Shown in pieces: positions 52,257-64,000 of a stretch of DNA of 64,000 bases. Location of the stretch: contig NC_057718.1 of NCBI RefSeq assembly GCF_004010195.1, positions 80,300,116-80,364,115 on the forward strand, read 5' to 3'. Numbering within the stretch: position 1 is the stretch's first letter; each line of letters opens with the position of its first letter. Made by a program: the position numbers and the translations under genes. Origin of the DNA: Chiloscyllium plagiosum. Its lineage: Eukaryota. Under the pieces are notes generated by a model, which saw nothing but the letters and a program-made list of their open reading frames with translations, searched no databases and had not been told where the DNA came from.

Positions 52257-53159
52257 TCTGTTGTTGTTCAAAGTGTAATGCAAGTGCCTCAATGCTTTTC
52301 ATTTTGTAGATGATAATATTATTTACATTTTTGAAAAAAAAGTCTCTATGAAAGACAAATAAAACTGCCATATAATCACTGATCACAGTGAAAAGTACCC
52401 AAAACAAACCTGCCATTCACTTTCTATTCTCTGAGCTCAAGTTCATATGCAATGAGGATTTGGTATGGAGTTACAAATATCTTTACTTCTTATGGCTCTA
52501 AACATTTCATGGTTGCGAATTATTCAGTAAGATCCAACTAGTGAATTTTGTATTGAAAGTACTAGTTATAAAATTTAAGCAAGGATAAGTTCCCAATTTG
52601 CAAGTTATGTTTTTTTTAAAAATTGCTTGAGTTACTGAAAGGAAGGAAACAAGGATGATTGAAATTGTCAAAGATGATAGTTGGCTCTTTTGCAAACACA
52701 TAAAGACATTGTGAGTTGTATTTTCCCAAACATCTGGGGTTATTTGGAAGCAGGAGGATACAGAACTTTCCTCTTTACATCAGAACTAGATATTCCAAAG
52801 GGCAGCTGGAATGGTGAAAGAACCTCAGACTCGAATGCAGTGAAGAAAGTCTCAATAAGACTTCAATCTCTCCTGAATCATGTAGACAATCCACAATAAA
52901 ATATATGGCTGATGTGGCTACCTACTGTACAAATGACACCTCAAAGTCTGTTCAGTAAAAGGGTCACTGGGCACGAAATGCTCACTCTGCTTTCTCTCCT
53001 TGATGCTACCATACCTGCTGAGTATCTCCAGCAATTTCCATTTTTATTTCAGATTTTCAGCATCCGCAGTTCTTTGTTTTATTTTATGGGAAGGTAATCA
53101 AGCCTGTTTACTAAGCAATTTACTTCAATTTTACTGAGATTTTCAAATTTCTAAGAAGA

Positions 53160-53378
53160 TCCGTTTTCCTCCTACAGTCCAATGATGTGCCGGTTAGTTG
53201 GATTGCCATGCTAAATTGCCATAGTATCCAATGTGCAGGCTAAGTGGCTTAGTCATGGGGAAATGCCAGGTTACAGGGATAGTGTGTGGAGGGGGGTTCT
53301 GGCTGGGATGCTGTTCAGAAGTCGGTGTGGACTTGCTGAGCCAAATGGCCTGTTTCCACACTGTAAGGATTCTATGAT
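53160..53378 (+). mobile_element. HE1-like SINE 3' half
   Basis: cctacagtccaatgatgtgc...ggcctgtttccacactgtaaggattctatgatt. Confidence 0.8.
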
Positions 53379-53443
53379 TTTATGTGTACAAAAACCATAA
53401 TTTGCAAGGTCTAAGGTCTTTATCCTTTGTGCGTATGATGCTG

Positions 53444-53967
53444 TCATCATAGTTTTAATGACAATTTCGCTAACCAACCAATGCGTTGCTCGAGAACAAT
53501 TGTAACCTCAGGATGTTGCCTTAAGCTTGAGCCAAGGGCAAGGTTTTATTGCATGTCCATGGTTTGATCAGGGATTCCACGGTCGCAGTCAGACAAGGTT
53601 TTGAGGTACCATTGGTACACTAAGTAACAACATCAGCCATGCATTTATTGAGGATTGTCCACATGCTTCAGGAGAGATTGCAGCCTGATTATTGAGACCT
53701 CACTTTCTCCTCTCATCATAGTTTTAATGACAATTTCGCTAACCAGCCAATGCGTTGCTCGAGAACAATTATAACCTCAGGATGTTGCCTTAAGCTTGAG
53801 CCAAGGTCAAGGTTTTATTGCATGTCCATGGTTTGATCAGGGATTCCACGGTCGCAGTCGGACAAGGTTTTGAGGTACCATTGGTACACTAAGTAACAAC
53901 ATCAGCCATGCATTTATTGAGGATTGTCCACATGCTTCAGGAGAGATTGCAGCCTGATTATTGAGAC
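53444..53967 (+). repeat. 255-bp direct duplication (53444-53698, 53713-53967) with 14-nt spacer
   Basis: The two copies differ at about 4 positions by eye; the spacer ctcactttctcctc matches a Penelope pLTR end. Confidence 0.95.
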
Positions 53968-54377
53968 AGATGTTGAGGATTATCTCTTCCAAGTGGAAAA
54001 ATCAGATTCTTGACATAAAGAGAAAATTTTTGATTGTCCCCTCAGATCTTGTGTGGTAACCTAGCAGCAACTATCTTCTTTCCATGTATTTGCATCTCAT
54101 TAAAATCACAACTCATCAATTTATACGCTAGTTCCAACCTTCCCCTGCTCCACTGAGAAGCTAACCAGCAAAAATTCCTGACAAGTGAATCAGAATGGAT
54201 AACTGGCAGCTGCAGTTTGATGAATGCTTGTCCTGGCCATTGTAAAACTGCATCTTCAGAGCAACATTCTTGCATTTTCCATGGCCGCCATCCACATCAA
54301 CTTCTCATCCACACAAGGCAGCACAGGCAAACCACAAGCCTTGTCACATCATACCTGTTCTCAGACTAACTCAGATA

Positions 54378-54650
54378 CGGCAGCATGGTGGCTCAGTGGT
54401 TAGCACTGTTGCCTCACAGCTCCAGGATCCCAGGTTTGATTCCAGCCTTGGTCAACTGTCTGTGTGGAGTTTGCTTATTCTCCCAGTGTCTGCGTGGGTT
54501 TCCTCCGGGTGCCTCAGTTTCCTCCCACAATCCAAAGATATGCAGGTCAGGTGAATTGGTCATACTAAATTGCCCATAGTGTTAGATGCATTAGTCAGAG
54601 GGAAATGGGTCTGGGTGGGTTACTCTTCGGAGGGTCTGTTTCCACACTAA
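54378..54650 (+). mobile_element. HE1-like SINE
   Basis: ggcagcatggtggctcagtggttagcactg head, V domain, shortened tail. Confidence 0.88.
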
Positions 54651-57600
54651 AATGGTATTTAACCTAACACCACTTCAACTGAAGAACACTTCACTGTGGT
54701 GGTTGAGGACACCTACAAATTGCATGCTTCTTCCAGGTCACTTTGCGCACAGGGATAGACATGCATCTACATAGGATGCTATTGTACTGACATTTATGCA
54801 TGCAACTTATGGCTCTTTAGCTTGCATTCTCTGCACACACATACACTTTAGCATATACCTGGAGACTGCCAGCTTCTGTCCACTTTGCATTGCACTCTTA
54901 ATGCAAACTCACTGACTTCAGGTATGACCTACAGGCTGCCATTGCTTTCTCAGCACACACAGTCTTTAGTGCTCAGTTGCAGGATAAAAGCTTCTGTGAT
55001 GCTTGCAATGCTTTTCTGCATAAAAGAAGAGGTAGGTAGCTTGTGACGGTTGGCAGCACCAAACAATCAAACTATTAGGCAGGCAGGGAATGTACATGCC
55101 ACAGTGCAGCACCATTACATCAACGTCAGACCTACTGTATGTAGCATACTTTATGTGGCAAACATAATGCATATGCTTGAAGCAAATAGCCATGTGTGAA
55201 AGTCAAAGAGAACAGCCCTTAGTGGGAACAAGTGTGACAGTAGCAGGGAGTACTATCACAGTCACTCATAGTGCTCATTCAACAAGTCTACAAGAAGTTG
55301 GCCAGAGTCAGTCAGGCACTTGCTCCTACTTGATTGGGGAACTGTGTCTTCACCAACCAAGATTTCAGCCATGGTCATTCTTGCAGGTCAAGTGCAAGCA
55401 GTTCAAGCATTACAGGTTAAGTCAATTGGAGTGCTGTTGAAACAGCACTCAGAAGACTGGCCATGGTCAGAGAGAGCTATCCTGTTGAATCAGTCTAGGG
55501 AGTGGCCATGGTCAATCCTGAGAGTTGGTCAGTAACAGCCAGGTAGCCTACTGGCGGAAGGTCATGGCATCATGAAGAAAGTGGGCAACTTTCAAATCTA
55601 GGCATGGGCTTCATTGTGCTGGGTCCCTGAGGGAAAGCTAATCGGGATGGGGGCAATTGAAGTGGGTGAGACCTCATGATGAAAGTGCGGGGTATTGGGA
55701 GCTCTGGAAGAAATGTTCAAACTGGTCATGGTAACTCTGGTCTATACAAGGGTACAGGACCAAAGTCATGAGTTGTGGAGATAAAGTAGAGAGTAATAGT
55801 TATGTAAAGAGCTTCATTTGAAAAAGGAGAAGGCTGAAATGTCATTGGAATTAAAGGGGTCAATGACAGAAAAGGAATATGAAATATGGGAGGGAGGAAA
55901 GGTTGAGAATACAAGGTAGAGCGTGCAAATCAGACACACTGAAAGGAAGTTGGAACTTTGTTGATGGATCAAAAGTCACTATACAACCACTTCACAAAAA
56001 TAGCTGTAACTGTGTGCAAAGTAGGCAGAAGTAAGCTACTATTTCTTTGGGTTTTGAGACCCTACCAGAGAAAATTGTAGTAATCATCCGTCCACTGATC
56101 ATTAATGCCATTCACCTGGTTTCAATTTTCATTTCAATGACAGGTAACATTGTCCATGAGTGAAGATTAAAAATTATAGTCTCAAGCAGTAGTGAGCATC
56201 ACACAGTGTGCACTAACTGCTTCCTTGTCATATCAGTAAACAGGTATCATGAGAACAAGGAATTTAAATATGAAATCTGAAGTTCCTATTTCATAAATCA
56301 CATTCAATAGCAAGAACTGGATAACAAAACTTTGCAGCTTCCATATTCTCACATTGAAATGTAAGTTCGCAAACACATCAGATCAGTGGTAGCAGAATAT
56401 CCTACATGCAAGATTAGATTAGATTAGATTACATTAGATTACATTACAGTGTGGAAACAGGCTCTTCGGCCCAACAATGTGCTGCAGTAGCTCACTAAAG
56501 CTCCCAAAGGAGCACCTTCCAAATACACAACCAGAAGGACAAAGGCAGCAAATACATGGGAACACCAACTGAAAGGTCCAAGTCACACATTGTCTGACTT
56601 GGAATGACACCACCATTTCTTCATTTTTACTGTGCCAACATCCTGGAACACGCATCTTAACAGCACTGTGGGTATTCCTAATCTATAGGACTGCTGCAGT
56701 TCAAGAAAACTTTTGAGTATTTTAGTTGGGACATCATTTTGAGATTGTCCAGGCTTCTTCTGGAGTACTGTGTGCAGTTCTGGTTACCTTGCTATAGAAA
56801 GAATATTATTAAATTGGAGAGGGCTGAGAAAAAAAAATTCAGGATGTTGCTGGAGTGAACTGCCAGATGAAGTGGTGGATGCAGGTACAGTTAAAACATT
56901 TAAAAAACATTTTGAAAAGTACATGAATAGGAAATGTTTAGAGGGAATATGGGCCAAATGCAGCAACTGGACGAGTTTAGTTTGGGAACATGGTCAGCAT
57001 GGACTAGTTAAATCAAAGGATCTGTTTTAATGCTGTATGACTCTATAACACTAAGACAACTCATTATCACCTTCTCCTGACAATGAGGGATAGGCAATAA
57101 ATGTCGGCCGAGCCATTGATGCCCATATCCCATGAATCAATGTTTTTAAAGAAAAACATCATATTTCCTCAGTATGGCTGTACAGCATCAGCTTTGGTTC
57201 ATCAGTCAGATCCTATCATGTAGCTTGAAATTGGAACCTTGCATGTCAGATGCAGATGTACTGCCAACTGAACCACAACCAAATCTGATTCCTTGATCAT
57301 TACTGCGAACCAGTTTCTTCATAAAAAAACAAATTTCACTACTGTACATGTTACGAAGAATTGAGGGGAGAGCTAGCTGGAGTGGTCTGGGAAAGGAGTT
57401 TAACAGCAAAGATGATTGAGGAACGATGGCAGATATTTAAGAATAGTTCATGGCTCACAAAAAGGAAATATCCCAGTGGGAAAGAAGGATTATAGGAAGG
57501 AGATAAGCCAACACTAGTTAACAAGGGATGTTATTAACTAGTTAACAAAGTTATGTTATGAGTAGCATTCAAATGATTAAAATTTAACACAATGTGGCAA

Positions 57601-58166
57601 ACATTAGTGGTAAGCCAGAGGTTTGGGAAGGTTAAAAAAACAGCAAAAGTTGACCAAAAGGTGAGGGATACAGAAGTGTAACCACAGGCCTCTTAACATC
57701 TGTTGCTGGGAAAATGTTACAATAGCATTTAGAAGTAAGTAAATGATCAAGTCGTCAGCAAGACCTCATGAAGGGGAAATCAGGCTAACAAATCTCTTAA
57801 AATTATTTGAGGAGGTAACAAGTAGGATTGATAAAGAAGTAGTAAATGTGATATATTTGGATTTCCAGAAGGTGTTTGCTAAGTTACCACAGGTTAGGCT
57901 ATTTAATAAGAAAATATCCCATGGTGTTGGAGGTAGTACATTAGCATGAATGGAGAATTGGCTAACTATTAGAAGACAGAATGTTAGGATAGGGATATAT
58001 GTTCAGGATGGCAACCCATAACCAACAGTCACTGTTGACAATTATTTACAATATATATTAATGACTTAGATGAGGAAAGTAAATGTACTGTAGCTAAGTT
58101 TGCAGATGACACAAAAATAGGGGGGTGGTGGAAGATAAGTGGTGAAGACAAGCATGATCTAGGCAG

Positions 58167-58372
58167 TTAAAAATCACACAACACCAGGTTATAGTCCAAC
58201 AGGTTTAATTGGAAGCACACTAGCTTTCGGAGCGCCGTTCTTCATCAGGTGATATTATTTATGGAGTATAAGCTTATACTCCACAACTGCCTGATGAAGG
58301 AGCAGCGCTTCGAAAGCTAGTGCTTCTAAATAAATCTGTTGGACTATAACTTGGTGTTGTGTGATTTTTTAA
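58167..58372. mobile_element. Palindromic Penelope-like short element
   Basis: Near-perfect fold-back centred on ggagtataagcttatactcc. Confidence 0.88.
58288..58323 (+). ncRNA. Minimal hammerhead ribozyme motif
   Basis: CUGAUGA A GGAGC AGC GCUUC GAAA GCUA GUG; stem I is degraded. Confidence 0.6.
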
Positions 58373-59809
58373 ATATGGAAGTTGGGTTGTTCAGTATAGT
58401 TAAGGCTGAGATTGATTGATTTTTAATCAGAAAGGGATTCAATGATTCCATGGAGAAGGCAGGAGAGTGGCATTGAGGATTACCACATTAATTATGATCT
58501 CATTGGATGGCAGAGCAGACTCAATGGGCTGAATGGCCAACATCTGCTCCAACATCTTAAAGTCTTACGCTCTTAGCATCTCAAAAGTGCTAACACTTAG
58601 AGAGTTTATAAACAAATGAATTTGTAACCATTATACAAAGAAAATCAATTTATCCCTGAGCTGTTCAATGCAATAAAAATACATCCTTTGACATCGATGG
58701 ATTCAGTGAAGCAGATGGATGCTTAGTTCAGCCATTAATCACGACAAGTAGTGCAGAAACATCTGATTGTTAGATTACATTATTGTGTGAAAACATGTAT
58801 GCTGAGAAATCAGTTAATGTCATTAAGTACAAAACAAGAGTCTATTCAGTGCAAGTTGTCTTTTTGACCTTTGTGACACCTATTTCTCTTTCAACATAAT
58901 GAATATTAATTGAATACAAGTTGATTGCTATCAGGTAAATTTTAGTTTGCCTTTTCACTAAAGATAAATCAAAATGTTACAATGAAGTCTTATAAATTAA
59001 AAGAAATTGCAACCATCATGTGTTTTTTGATCAGTCTTGCTTTACTAACTCATGTAAATTTATTTATCTAATATAAATACTATATTCTAGATTTGAACAA
59101 ATTATTGGGTTTAAATTAATTTCCTTTGGGAAACTTCTGCAAATATCGAGAAGTTATAAGAACGATAATTGACTTTTTTTTTTACTGTTCCAGAACTAGT
59201 TTGGAGTAGTCATTGTTTCCCTGTGTAGGGGATGAATTGTAATCAATAGACATTGTTATTGATCCAAACTCATTCACCAGAACTATCATTTCAAGTGTGC
59301 TTGTTTATTTAGTGCATTTGCACTGTTGGTATAGTCATTCCTCCTGGACATAACAAGAAACAAATATCTGAAAACGTGATGCATAAACAGAAAACAAGGT
59401 TTGAACAAAAGATCCACATAAAAAACGTGAAATTGCCCTTTCTCTTTTCAAGTGTTTATCAGTCAATTGGTTGAGTTGTTTGAATACACCACAGTAATAA
59501 TGTGTGCACTATTTTGTTTTCATTTTGCTCCTGCAAATCCTATCCCAGATTACAAGTTGAAAGATGGAAAGCTGCTGAGCTTGTATCCTAGGATACTAAA
59601 AGAGGTAGCTACAGAGATAGTGGTTGTAATTTTGCAAAAATCCTTGGATTCTGAAGAAATAAGGAATGATTTGATTTTTGGTTTGATTTTATTGTCACGC
59701 GTGCTAAAGCACAAAAATATAGGAGTACAGTGAAAAATGTATTTTGAGGATACCTCAGAGAAGATAGAAGGGAACCAATAGATATGTTCCAGAATGAAAA
59801 TATTGTCAC

Positions 59810-60746
59810 GATGTTATGTCTGGAGGCCAGGACTGGACACCGACAATAGCCGTGTTGTGGGGCAGTATCAACAAAGACAAAAATTACCATCAGCATTTCC
59901 CCTACATTGAACCCTGGACTCAGCTGCACATCGGCTATGCCAATCCTTTCAAGAGCTTTATGTTTTTAGTCACTGTGGACACCCATTCAAAGTGGTTGGA
60001 CTTGAATTGAGTTCACTCGAAACCAAAACATTCCAGTTTTGGTTTGATAATAGGATCACCTTTCATGCAACTACAGAGACAGCTCCTGCAGAGTGGCTAA
60101 TGGGGAAAAGATTCTGCACCAGTTTAAACCTGATCTTCCTGGACCTTAGGAGTAAGGTGGGGTGTCATGATGAAACAGCGTTGGGAATGCCAATGCTGAC
60201 ACAAGACTCCTCTGCATTGATAAGAGGCATGGTCGACGCGAGGTCAGGTCCCATGACATACAAAATTTGGGTAAGAGAGGCAGTCCAGGACAAGCACATG
60301 GAGCAGATGAAAGCTGCAACCTTGCAAAGGCGGCAGAAGCAAAACATGCTCAGCCCCTTAGAACATCTGGCAAGGTTGGCAGTTCTAATGGGTTCTCCCC
60401 ATCCGTCTAGCGTTAAAGAAACCTCTAAGTATAAGATGGACATATAAGATGTCACAGACTTGACACTGTTATTACCTGAAGAATTTCTTTCAAGATGCTC
60501 CTGGTGCAAAGGCCAGTCTCATCCCAGTACACACTGCCAGTATAAGTGGCAGAGTTAGTGGAACTGGGACTGGTACAAAGAGAAGCTGCAGGAAAAAGAA
60601 CGTGCCTATGTCCCAGGACTTAAAGAGGTAGGGATGTAGTGATTGGAATGAGGTCAACCAGGTAGATCTCATGGAAAATGATTTCCCTGATTGAGGCTGT
60701 TAACTTGGTCCAATCAGGTAACCCTGACTGACAGATCAACAGGAGT
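59810..60746 (+). mobile_element. Gypsy 3' fragment (integrase remnant, PPT, 5' half of the 3' LTR)
   Basis: PWTQLHIGYANPFKSFMFLVTVDTHSKWL and HATTETAPAEWLMG; PPT aaagaggtaggga; LTR starts TGTAGTG at 60635; same family as 37123-44985. Confidence 0.85.
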
Positions 60747-62560
60747 AAAATTCCTTTCTTCCTGGTGGTGAAAATTGAATAAAGATTCGTACACTTTGTG
60801 TCTCTCACTGTGTCTCACACCTGCACACACAACATGGGTGCTGGGGAAAAAAATAAGCACTACCGCAGTTAGGCGGTAGTGTGGGGGTTAAATATAAAAA
60901 AAAGATAAACAGATCCCCTTCACTGTTTGATCACAAGAAAAAAAAAGAAAAAAATCAACAGGAGTAAAATTCCTTTCTTCCTGGTGGTGGAAATTGAATA
61001 AAGATTTGTGCACCTTGTGTCTTTCACTGCATTTCACACCTGCACACACACATGGGTGCTGGGGAAAAAATAAGCACTAAACAAAAGAAAAAAAAATCAA
61101 CAGGAGTATTGGAGAGATGGGAACCGCAGGGAGTGGAGTGTATTATTTCCCCTTTCAACTCTGTTTTAATTTAATCCCTGCCCACCCCTTCACTGTTTAA
61201 TCATGCAGCATTGCCCTTTGATGTGAAGGGTACTGCTTGTCACTGGCCACTCGAGTGTTTCCTTCTTGCTGGTGGTGGAAATTTGAATGAAGATTCGTGC
61301 ACCTTGTGTCTTTCACTGAAAAAAAAATAAAAAGGAATGTCAGACATACTGACATTGAGAGCTGGCTCTCAGGGAGCTGGATCAGTGTCAAGGATTTTCC
61401 AAGTGTAAATAAAGGGCGATTTGGTGATGGGATACCAGCCTCTGTGGAGTTACTTCACGAACCAGACGGGTCTTTATGACAAGCGATAGACACAGACATT
61501 TTCACTGTTACTCAGATTAGCTTTTAATTCCAGATTTAGGAATTGAAACTAAATTTCACCAGTTGCTGTGGTGGTATTTGAACTAAAAAAAAAATCAACA
61601 GGAGTAAAGATTTGTGCACCTTGTGTCTTTCACTGTGTCTCACACCTGCGCACACACACAACATGGGTGCTGGGGAAAGAATAAGCACTAAAAAAAAGAA
61701 AAAAAATCAACAGGAGTATTGAAGAGATGGGCACCGCAGGGAGTGGAGTGTATTATTTCCCCCTCCAACTCTATTTTGATTTAATCCCTGCCCTCCCCTT
61801 CACTGTTTAATCACACAGCATTGCCCTTTGATGTGAAGGGCACTGCTTGTCACTGGCCACTGGGGTGTTTCTTTTCTTCCTGGTGGTGGAAATTGAATAA
61901 AGATTCAGGCACCTTGTGTCTTTCACTGTGTCTCACACCTGCGCACACACACCATGGGTGCTGGGGAGAAAAAAAGCACTACTGCAAAAAAAAAAGAAGA
62001 AAAAAAATCAACAGGAGCAGAGTGCAACTCTATTTTGATTTAATCCCTGGGAGCAGAGTGCAACTCTATTTTGATTTAATCCCTGCCCTTCCCTTCACTG
62101 TTTGATCACATAGCATTGCCCTTTGATGTGAAGGGCACTGCTTGTCACAGGTCACTTGAGTGTTTCTTTTCTTCCTGGTGGTGAAAATTGATTAAAGATT
62201 TGTAAACCTTGTGTCTTTCACTGTGTCTTACACCTGCACACACATGACATGGGTGCTGGGGAAAAATAAGCACTACCACAGTTAGGCGATATTGTGGGGG
62301 TAAAGAGAAAAAAAAACAGGAGTGTCAGAGGTTCTGTTTACTCTGAGAGCAAGAAAAACAAAATTTTAAAAAATGAACAGGAGTATTGGAGAGGTGGGCA
62401 CTGCAGGGAGTGGAGTGTATTATTTCCCCCTCCAACTCTATTTTGATTCAATCCCTCCCCTCCCCTTCACTGTTTTATTACGCGGCGTTGCCTTTTGAGA
62501 AGGGCACTGCTTCTCACCGGCCACTCGGGTGTTTTCTTTCTTCCTGGTGGCAGAATATAA
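60747..62560 (+). mobile_element. Tandem array of 5'-truncated Tx1-clade non-LTR retrotransposon 3' ends inside a Gypsy LTR
   Basis: About 8-9 units, most A-tailed, separated by (TC)AACAGGAG(T); the longest units encode ERWAPQGVECIISPSNSILI*, a Tx1-like ORF2 C-terminus, then a hairpin-rich 3' UTR. Confidence 0.75.
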
Positions 62561-63214
62561 ATAAAGTTTTAAACACTTATGCTAGCTGGGTCAATGTTGT
62601 GGTTGCATAAATAAAGGTTGACTTGGTGAGAGATACTAGTCTTTGTGGAGCTATTTCAGTTGGCAAGCTATGCAGGTATCTCCTTGTGTGTACACAGCAG
62701 CCTTCCATGCTAGCATGAGTCTTCAAAGACCACATCGGAGATCTCTGGAACAGAGCGAGCAAGTGACCCTGCCTTCTGGTAAGGTGAGATCTGCAATACC
62801 CTGTCCCTTTGCTCTGTAGCTCCATTTACAGACAGTGACTCATCACGTGCCTCTGTGATTATATTGGGTACCGTCCTTAGATATTTCTTATGAGTTCCTA
62901 CATGCTTCAGAGAAGAGGTTAATTATAATATGTCAATCATGGTCCTATGACATAAAATGGACCTTAACTACAATTTTGCTGACAGGTAGGTAGGCCATGA
63001 GCAACCTAAACAGTTCTTTAAAATAAAACTGCTTAGAAAACAACTCAAACCATTTTAATGACATAACCAAGATGGGATTAAGTCCCTACAAAACATAATC
63101 CAGGTTTCTACCAGTTGATCCAAGACATGCCCTATGGGAACATTTCCCCTTCGCTTTTCAGATAGTTTAATGTAGAAACCAACCAATTTTCTGTTCTCCC
63201 ATAACCTGGAGACA

Positions 63215-64000
63215 GCTGAGGTAATTGAATGGACTAAAAATTGATAAATTGAAGGTGCTTGAAAGCTTCACTGTAACAAAACTAGATAAAGCACCAGATC
63301 TGCTTGGAATGCATCTTTGGTTGTTGAGTGAAGCAAGAAAAGAAACTGCAGAGCATTTTCCAATTTGTCCCCTGGGTGTGATGCCAGAAGATTGGAGAAT
63401 TGTAAATGTTGCACCCTTCTTCAAAAAATGTGCAAAGGTAAACTCAGCAACTACAAGCCAGTCAATTTAACTTTGGTGCAGAAACCTTTAGAAATGATTA
63501 TCCAGGACAAAATTAACAGTTGCTCAGACTAATGTGGATTAATCAAGGAGGATTTGATAAAGGCAAATCGTGTTTAACTAATTTTATTCAGTTTTTCTTA
63601 ATGAGATAATAGAGATGAGGTTAATGTGGTTGTTAAGTATACATGACTTCCAAAAGGTTTTAAGCCCAACATAATAAGCTTGTTAGCAAAACTGAATTTT
63701 GTGGAACAGGAGGGTAAATAATGGAACAATTATGAAGTTGGCTAAAAGACATGTAACAGACACTGGTGTTAAAAGAATGTTTTACAAGGTGCACAGTGAG
63801 GTTCTACTGGAGTCAGTGCTAAAATCATTGATTTTATTATATATATTAATTACTTAAAATTGAGCTATCCGGGCACTACTTCAAACTTTGCAAATATGAT
63901 AGTGTTATAATCAGTGAGGAGGGTGTGATAGACTTCAATGGAACAGACACAGACTGGTGAAACAGACAAATATGTGGCACACTCAATTTAACTCAGAAGG
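63215..64000 (+). mobile_element. Old CR1 LINE RT region (runs off window)
   Basis: MPEDWRIVNVAPFFKK, plus GKSCLTN- and YIN-like remnants. Confidence 0.8.

Larger units (their letters stand above)
57350..58570 (+). mobile_element. CR1 LINE, heavily deleted
   Basis: LTNLLKLFEEVT, IYLDFQKVF, YINDL, KFADDTK; 3' tail. Confidence 0.8.

Noticed and set aside
53970..55700. Possible third Harbinger fossil
   Set aside because: Composition is suggestive, but I could not read a convincing protein motif
56412..56446. (ATTAG)n telomere-like repeat
   Set aside because: It is the tail microsatellite of a minus-strand HE1 SINE stub, not TTAGGG
60747..62560. CRISPR-like repeat/spacer array
   Set aside because: Eukaryotic context; the 'spacers' are homologous A-tailed LINE ends of variable length; no cas genes

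Overview
This is eukaryotic, repeat-dense, intronic or intergenic DNA from a cartilaginous fish (shark-type genome, inferred from HE1-like V-SINEs and shark-type CR1 tails). It contains one 50-N assembly gap. I could not confidently identify any host protein-coding gene; at most there is a CpG-rich possible first exon near 330-830 and one weak exon candidate at 19681-19807. Most provided ORFs are decayed transposon fragments or chance ORFs. The window holds many CR1 LINEs (two near full length, one with a clear SGNH-esterase ORF1), HE1-like and Deu-type SINEs, Penelope-like elements (RT and GIY-YIG remnants plus short pLTR copies carrying hammerhead-ribozyme cores), a complete but decayed Gypsy LTR element with a 5-bp TSD and nested insertions, solo LTRs, and old PIF/Harbinger fossils. 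Four observations stand out. (1) At 60747-62560, an array of Tx1-clade LINE 3' ends is repeatedly inserted at one motif (TCAACAGGAGT) inside a Gypsy LTR, with apparent 3' transductions. (2) At 53444-53967, a 255-bp near-perfect direct duplication brackets only 14 nt of a Penelope terminus. (3) Palindromic, hammerhead-bearing Penelope-derived mini-elements occur three times. (4) A ~520-bp inverted duplication is templated into a CR1 at 16155-17319. Element boundaries were read by eye and are approximate unless a TSD is given.
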